A stretch of DNA of 64,000 nucleotides, from contig JAIVHO010000001.1 in the NCBI GenBank assembly GCA_020201035.1, positions 5,967 to 69,966 of the forward strand, read 5' to 3'. Shown one piece after another: positions 59,994 to 64,000 of the stretch. The translations under genes and the position numbers were made by a program. This DNA is from Bacteroidales bacterium (GTDB lineage Bacteria; Bacteroidota; Bacteroidia; Bacteroidales; VadinHA17). Within the stretch, counting starts at the first letter, position 1, and each line of letters opens with the position of its first letter. Below the pieces are notes generated by a model, which was not told the DNA's origin, searched no databases, and saw only the letters and a program-made list of their open reading frames with translations.

Positions 59994-60978
59994 TATAACA
60001 TTTGCAAATCCCGAATTTCTCTATGCAGCACTGATAGTACCACTGCTGGTTGCTTACTATATATTAGCCGGGAAAAGAAGATTTGCCACATTCAGACTTT
60101 CATCACTCTCCTTCAGCGCCTTAATTAAACCTGGTTTCAGAGTGTGGCTCCTTCACTCCCTTTTCGCGCTCAGGATGGTAGTGATTCTATTACTGGTGAT
60201 AATTGCGGCACGACCGCAGTCGACAGATCGTTGGGAAAATGTTACATCGGAAGGTATTGATATCATAATGGCTATGGATATCTCAGGCAGTATGCTGGCC
60301 AGGGATTTTAAGCCCGACAGGCTTGAGGCATCAAAGGCTGTGGCAACACAGTTTATCTCCGGCAGGCGTACCGACAGGATCGGACTGGTGGTTTTCAGCG
60401 GAGAGAGCTTTACGCAGTGTCCCCTTACCACCGATCATGCGGTACTTATCAATCTGATGAGAGAGATTAAGAGTGGTATGATAGAGGATGGCACGGCAAT
60501 AGGACTGGGACTGGCAACCGCCATTAGCAGGATAAAGGATTCAGATGCGGTGAGCAAGGTAATTATACTTCTCACCGACGGAGTAAACAATATGGGTGAG
60601 GTGGCACCGGTTACCGCAGCTGAAATCGCCGCTACCTTTGGAATAAGGGTGTATACCATAGGTGTGGGGACTCATGGCACTGCTCCCTATCCTGTTCAGA
60701 CACCAGGCGGCACTATGTACCAGAATATGCCCGTTGAGATAGATGAAGATGTGCTCAGGGAGATTGCTTCAATGACAGGAGGAAAATACTTCAGGGCAAC
60801 CGATAACAACAGTCTCTCCTCTATTTATGAAGAGATTGATCAGATGGAGAGATCTAAAACTGATATAGAGGAGTACAGCATGAAACATGAAGAGTATCTT
60901 CCTTTTGGAATTGCAGCGGCAATACTCCTTTTTATTGAGATGCTGGTAAGAAAACTCTTTTTAAGAAAATACTTTTAA
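59983..60978 (+). CDS. batA: BatA vWA-domain protein
   Basis: FANPEFL, ARPQ, DISGSM MIDAS, DRIGLVVF, GTAIG.GL, LLTDG.NN. Confidence 0.92.
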   Translation: MGSNITFANPEFLYAALIVPLLVAYYILAGKRRFATFRLSSLSFSALIKPGFRVWLLHSLFALRMVVILLLVIIAARPQSTDRWENVTSEGIDIIMAMDISGSMLARDFKPDRLEASKAVATQFISGRRTDRIGLVVFSGESFTQCPLTTDHAVLINLMREIKSGMIEDGTAIGLGLATAISRIKDSDAVSKVIILLTDGVNNMGEVAPVTAAEIAATFGIRVYTIGVGTHGTAPYPVQTPGGTMYQNMPVEIDEDVLREIASMTGGKYFRATDNNSLSSIYEEIDQMERSKTDIEEYSMKHEEYLPFGIAAAILLFIEMLVRKLFLRKYF

Positions 60979-62057
60979 TGATGCAGCTGTTCAGATTTGA
61001 AAATCCGGAAATGTTATGGGGACTGGCGCTTATCCCGCTACTTCTCCTTGCCTGGATAATCAATGGTTACAGGTTTGAAAAAAGGATGAGATCGGCCGGT
61101 GAAAATGAACTGGTAAGAATGATGATGCCTTTTGCATCCCGGTTCAGGCGTAACCTCAAATTTGTTATTCAGCTGTTGGCCTTTGTTTTTTTAATCATTA
61201 TGATTGCAAGGCCTCAGTTTGGGTCCAAACTGGAAGAGGTAAAGGTAAGAGGAGTTGAGATAGTTATTGCACTTGATGTCAGTAACTCAATGCTCGCCGA
61301 GGATATCAGACCAAACAGACTTGAAAGAGCCAAGCAATCGATCTCCAGAATGGTAAACGAGTTGCGCAATGACCGTATTGGTCTGATCCTTTTTGCAGGT
61401 GATGCATATGTTCAGCTGCCGGTAACTACAGACTATGTCTCGGCCAAAATGTTTCTTTCTGCCATTAATCCGGGGATTGTACCAAAGCAGGGTACTGATA
61501 TTTCATCGGCAATTGAACTGGCCTCCAACTCCTTCTCCCCGCAATCGGATCGTAGCAGGGCTATAATAATTATTACCGATGGAGAAAACCACGACACCGA
61601 TCCGGTGAAGACTGCCACCGCAGCAAGGGAAAAAGGTGTGGTTATTCATACGGTGGGACTGGGCTCATCTGAAGGAGTGCCGATACCTGTGCCCGGAGGA
61701 GGTGGCAGGGAATATCTGAAAGACAATGAGGGTAATACCGTGATAACCCGACTCGATGATTCGGTTCTTAGAAAGATTGCAATAGCAGGGGATGGTACAT
61801 ACGTAAGGGCATCAGACAGTTCGCTGGGATTAGGATCCATTCTGGATGAGATAAGAAAGATGGAACAGCAGGAGATGGAAATGCGGCTTTTTTCCGAGTA
61901 CAATGAACAGTTTCCCTATCTGGCAGTGATTGCACTGCTGCTGCTGATATCGGATCTTATTGTTATGGAGCGGCGTAACCGCTATCTTAGCAGACTGAAA
62001 CTTTCACAGGCAGGTATTTTGAGTAATAATAATTCTGTTGATAATAGTGTAAAATAG
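60978..62057 (+). CDS. batB: BatB vWA-domain protein
   Basis: ARPQFG, DVSNSM, PNRLERAK, FAGDAY.QLP.T.D, ITDGENH. Confidence 0.92.
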   Translation: MMQLFRFENPEMLWGLALIPLLLLAWIINGYRFEKRMRSAGENELVRMMMPFASRFRRNLKFVIQLLAFVFLIIMIARPQFGSKLEEVKVRGVEIVIALDVSNSMLAEDIRPNRLERAKQSISRMVNELRNDRIGLILFAGDAYVQLPVTTDYVSAKMFLSAINPGIVPKQGTDISSAIELASNSFSPQSDRSRAIIIITDGENHDTDPVKTATAAREKGVVIHTVGLGSSEGVPIPVPGGGGREYLKDNEGNTVITRLDDSVLRKIAIAGDGTYVRASDSSLGLGSILDEIRKMEQQEMEMRLFSEYNEQFPYLAVIALLLLISDLIVMERRNRYLSRLKLSQAGILSNNNSVDNSVK

Positions 62058-62058
62058 A

Positions 62059-62826
62059 ATGGAGATGGAGATGGAGATGGAAAGGAAAAGAGGAATAGTA
62101 ACTTCCGTGGCGTCAGGGATACTCCCCTTGATGCTTTTTCTTACTGGACCTTCCCTCTATTCACAGGGTTACAATAAACTGGTGAGAGAAGGAAACAGGG
62201 AATACAGGAAAGGAGAGTTCGATCAGTCTGAAATAAATTACAGAAAGGCTGTTGCTGACAATGAAAATCCGGCCAAGGCTCTTTTTAACCTGGGAGACGC
62301 CCTGTATAAAATGGAAAGATATGAGGAAGCAACAGAGCAGTTCAGTAAGTTCTCAGAAATGGAGAGTACAGAAAAACATGTTGCCGAGGCAAGTTACAAT
62401 CTGGGAAATACCCTGCTCAAAGCAGGTAAAATAGAGGAGAGTATTGAGGCATATAAGAAATCATTACTGTCGGATCCCGGTAATCACCAGACCAAATATA
62501 ACCTGGCAAAAGCGAAAGAGATGCTGCAGCAACAACAGGATGATCAGCAGCAACAACAGGATGATCAGCAGCAGCAACAGGATGATCAACAGCAACAACA
62601 GGATGAGCAGCAGCAGCAACAGGATGATCAACAGCAACAGCAAAACGATGAGCAGCAGCAACAGCAAAACGATGAGCAGCAGCAACAGCCCCGTCCTGAT
62701 CAGATGAAGCCCGAGGATGCTGAAAGACTTCTTCAGGCACTCTCTGACAAGGAGAAGGAGGTACAGGAGAAAGTGAAGGAAGAGAAGGCGCGTGCAGCAC
62801 GGGTCAGAACCTTAAAGAACTGGTAA
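62059..62826 (+). CDS. batC: BatC TPR protein with Gln-rich linker
   Basis: REGN..Y, FNLG.ALYK, YNLGN, KYNL..A, Q-rich tract, AERLL.AL..KEK.VQ, ends KNW. Confidence 0.9.
   Translation: MEMEMEMERKRGIVTSVASGILPLMLFLTGPSLYSQGYNKLVREGNREYRKGEFDQSEINYRKAVADNENPAKALFNLGDALYKMERYEEATEQFSKFSEMESTEKHVAEASYNLGNTLLKAGKIEESIEAYKKSLLSDPGNHQTKYNLAKAKEMLQQQQDDQQQQQDDQQQQQDDQQQQQDEQQQQQDDQQQQQNDEQQQQQNDEQQQQPRPDQMKPEDAERLLQALSDKEKEVQEKVKEEKARAARVRTLKNW
62527..62688 (+). repeat. Coding microsatellite-like repeat (QQQQQDD / QQQQQNDE units, 21-24 bp)
   Basis: cagcaacaacaggatgatcag repeated about 7 times. Confidence 0.9.
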
Positions 62827-62836
62827 AGGCTTTGAT

Positions 62837-64000
62837 ATGAAAATATTAGTATCCCTGTTATTACTATTTATACTACCGGTTTTGACTATCGCACAGGATA
62901 TCACTGTAACCGTTGAGGCACCTGGCGTGGTGGCGGTAGGTGAGCAATTCAGAGTGGTATGGACCGTAAGCAGCAGGGGAGGGTCTTTTACCGCTCCCGG
63001 ATTTGATGATTTCTATCTGCTGAGTGGTCCACAGACTTCATTCAGCTCATCCACATCAATTATAAACGGGAAGGTAACATCAGAAGTTAAAAACTCTTTT
63101 ACCTACTATCTGCAGGCAACCAGAACAGGTAACTTTACCCTGGGGCCGGGGATCTACACGGAGGGGAGAGAAGATTTCAGCTCAAAGCAGGTGGAGATTG
63201 AGGTTATTGAAAGCCGGGATGCTGCCGCTGCCCGGAATAATAACCAGGAAACTGCAGGTGCCGGAGCTGCAGTTTCCGATGCCGGAGAGGAGATGTTTCT
63301 AAGAGTGCTGATTGATCGTAACAGGGTCTATATGGGAGAACACATTGTTGCTACCCTTAAATTATACTCAGAATCAAATCTTTCAGGGATCAGGGATTAT
63401 AAATTTCCTGATTTTTCAGGATTTCTGAAGGAGGATATTGAAACACCACAGGTGACTTCGCTGACGAGAGAGAATGTGAACGGAGAGATTTATGGTACTG
63501 CAGTATTGCAAAGATATCTCCTGTTCCCTCAGCGAACCGGGACAATAGAGATAAACCCGGCATCACTTACTGTTCTGGTGCAGGAGAGAGTTCGATCAAA
63601 TGACCCTTTTTTCGGCGACTTCTTTTCTTCATTCAATACTGTTCCCAGAATGATCTCATCAGATGCGGTAAAGATTACTGTTCAGCCTCTTCCGGCAGGA
63701 GCTCCTGCATCATTTTCCGGTGCGGTTGGAAATTTCACACTTGAGACATTTACAGACAGGGACAGTGTGAAGGTCAATGACGCTATTACTTACACTATCA
63801 GGGTGGCAGGAAACGGAAACCTGCGCCTAATCCCTGCTCCTGACATTTCTCTTTCACCGGATATTGAGGCCTATGAACCGAAGACAGCCTCCGCAATCAG
63901 AACCACTACCTCAGGGAGTGAAGGCTCCCGTACATTTGAGTACCTGCTTATTCCAAGATATCATGGAAACTATAACATTCCACCCTTTGAATTTTCATGG
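62837..64000 (+). CDS. batD: BatD protein, runs off the right edge
   Basis: ATG at 62837: MKILVSLLLLFILPVLTIAQDITVTVEAP..VAVGEQFRVVW...LSGPQTS.SSSTSIING; later GAVGNF and GNGNL motifs; follows batC. Confidence 0.9.
   Translation, partial: MKILVSLLLLFILPVLTIAQDITVTVEAPGVVAVGEQFRVVWTVSSRGGSFTAPGFDDFYLLSGPQTSFSSSTSIINGKVTSEVKNSFTYYLQATRTGNFTLGPGIYTEGREDFSSKQVEIEVIESRDAAAARNNNQETAGAGAAVSDAGEEMFLRVLIDRNRVYMGEHIVATLKLYSESNLSGIRDYKFPDFSGFLKEDIETPQVTSLTRENVNGEIYGTAVLQRYLLFPQRTGTIEINPASLTVLVQERVRSNDPFFGDFFSSFNTVPRMISSDAVKITVQPLPAGAPASFSGAVGNFTLETFTDRDSVKVNDAITYTIRVAGNGNLRLIPAPDISLSPDIEAYEPKTASAIRTTTSGSEGSRTFEYLLIPRYHGNYNIPPFEFSW

Noticed and set aside
62059-62082. ATGGAG x3-4 at the batC start as a phase-variation tract
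   Set aside because: A hexamer unit keeps the frame; it only makes the start codon ambiguous.
62417-62800. Poly-Leu, poly-Ala and Ser/Asn ORFs overlapping batC
   Set aside because: Alternative-frame shadows of the Gln-rich repeat.

Overview
Bacteroidota (Bacteroidales-like) chromosomal window, judged from TAnnTTTG promoters, T9SS C-terminal domains, BtuG and a Bat operon. The left end (1-9.6 kb) holds the most interesting locus. It contains an unannotated 48-aa double-glycine-leader peptide gene (1964-2110, minus; absent from the ORF track), a membrane-anchored TPR-CHAT protease, an ECF sigma factor, a TM-TPR anti-sigma-like protein, a sensor-less degenerate histidine kinase and a C39 peptidase ABC exporter plus HlyD. 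No peptide-modifying enzyme is present in the window. I infer a candidate peptide-pheromone / proteolytic ECF signalling system. The rest of the window contains: a pxpABC+NRAMP operon, a broken DUF349 gene, pyrG, yidC (with a TPR-like insert), a LacI regulator and a cobalamin riboswitch-led B12 uptake operon with an embedded T9SS serine protease. It also has a candidate 6S RNA, two tandem fused LeuCD/aconitase-family genes, a 56-bp tandem repeat and a glycosidase/sulfatase cluster. Near the right end are tRNA-Arg(TCT) preceded by a copy interrupted in its T-loop, a VPS10/BNR protein, lnb and the moxR-batABCD operon. Four genes look internally deleted or truncated (decay or assembly artefact). 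All family assignments come from motif recognition by eye, not database searches.
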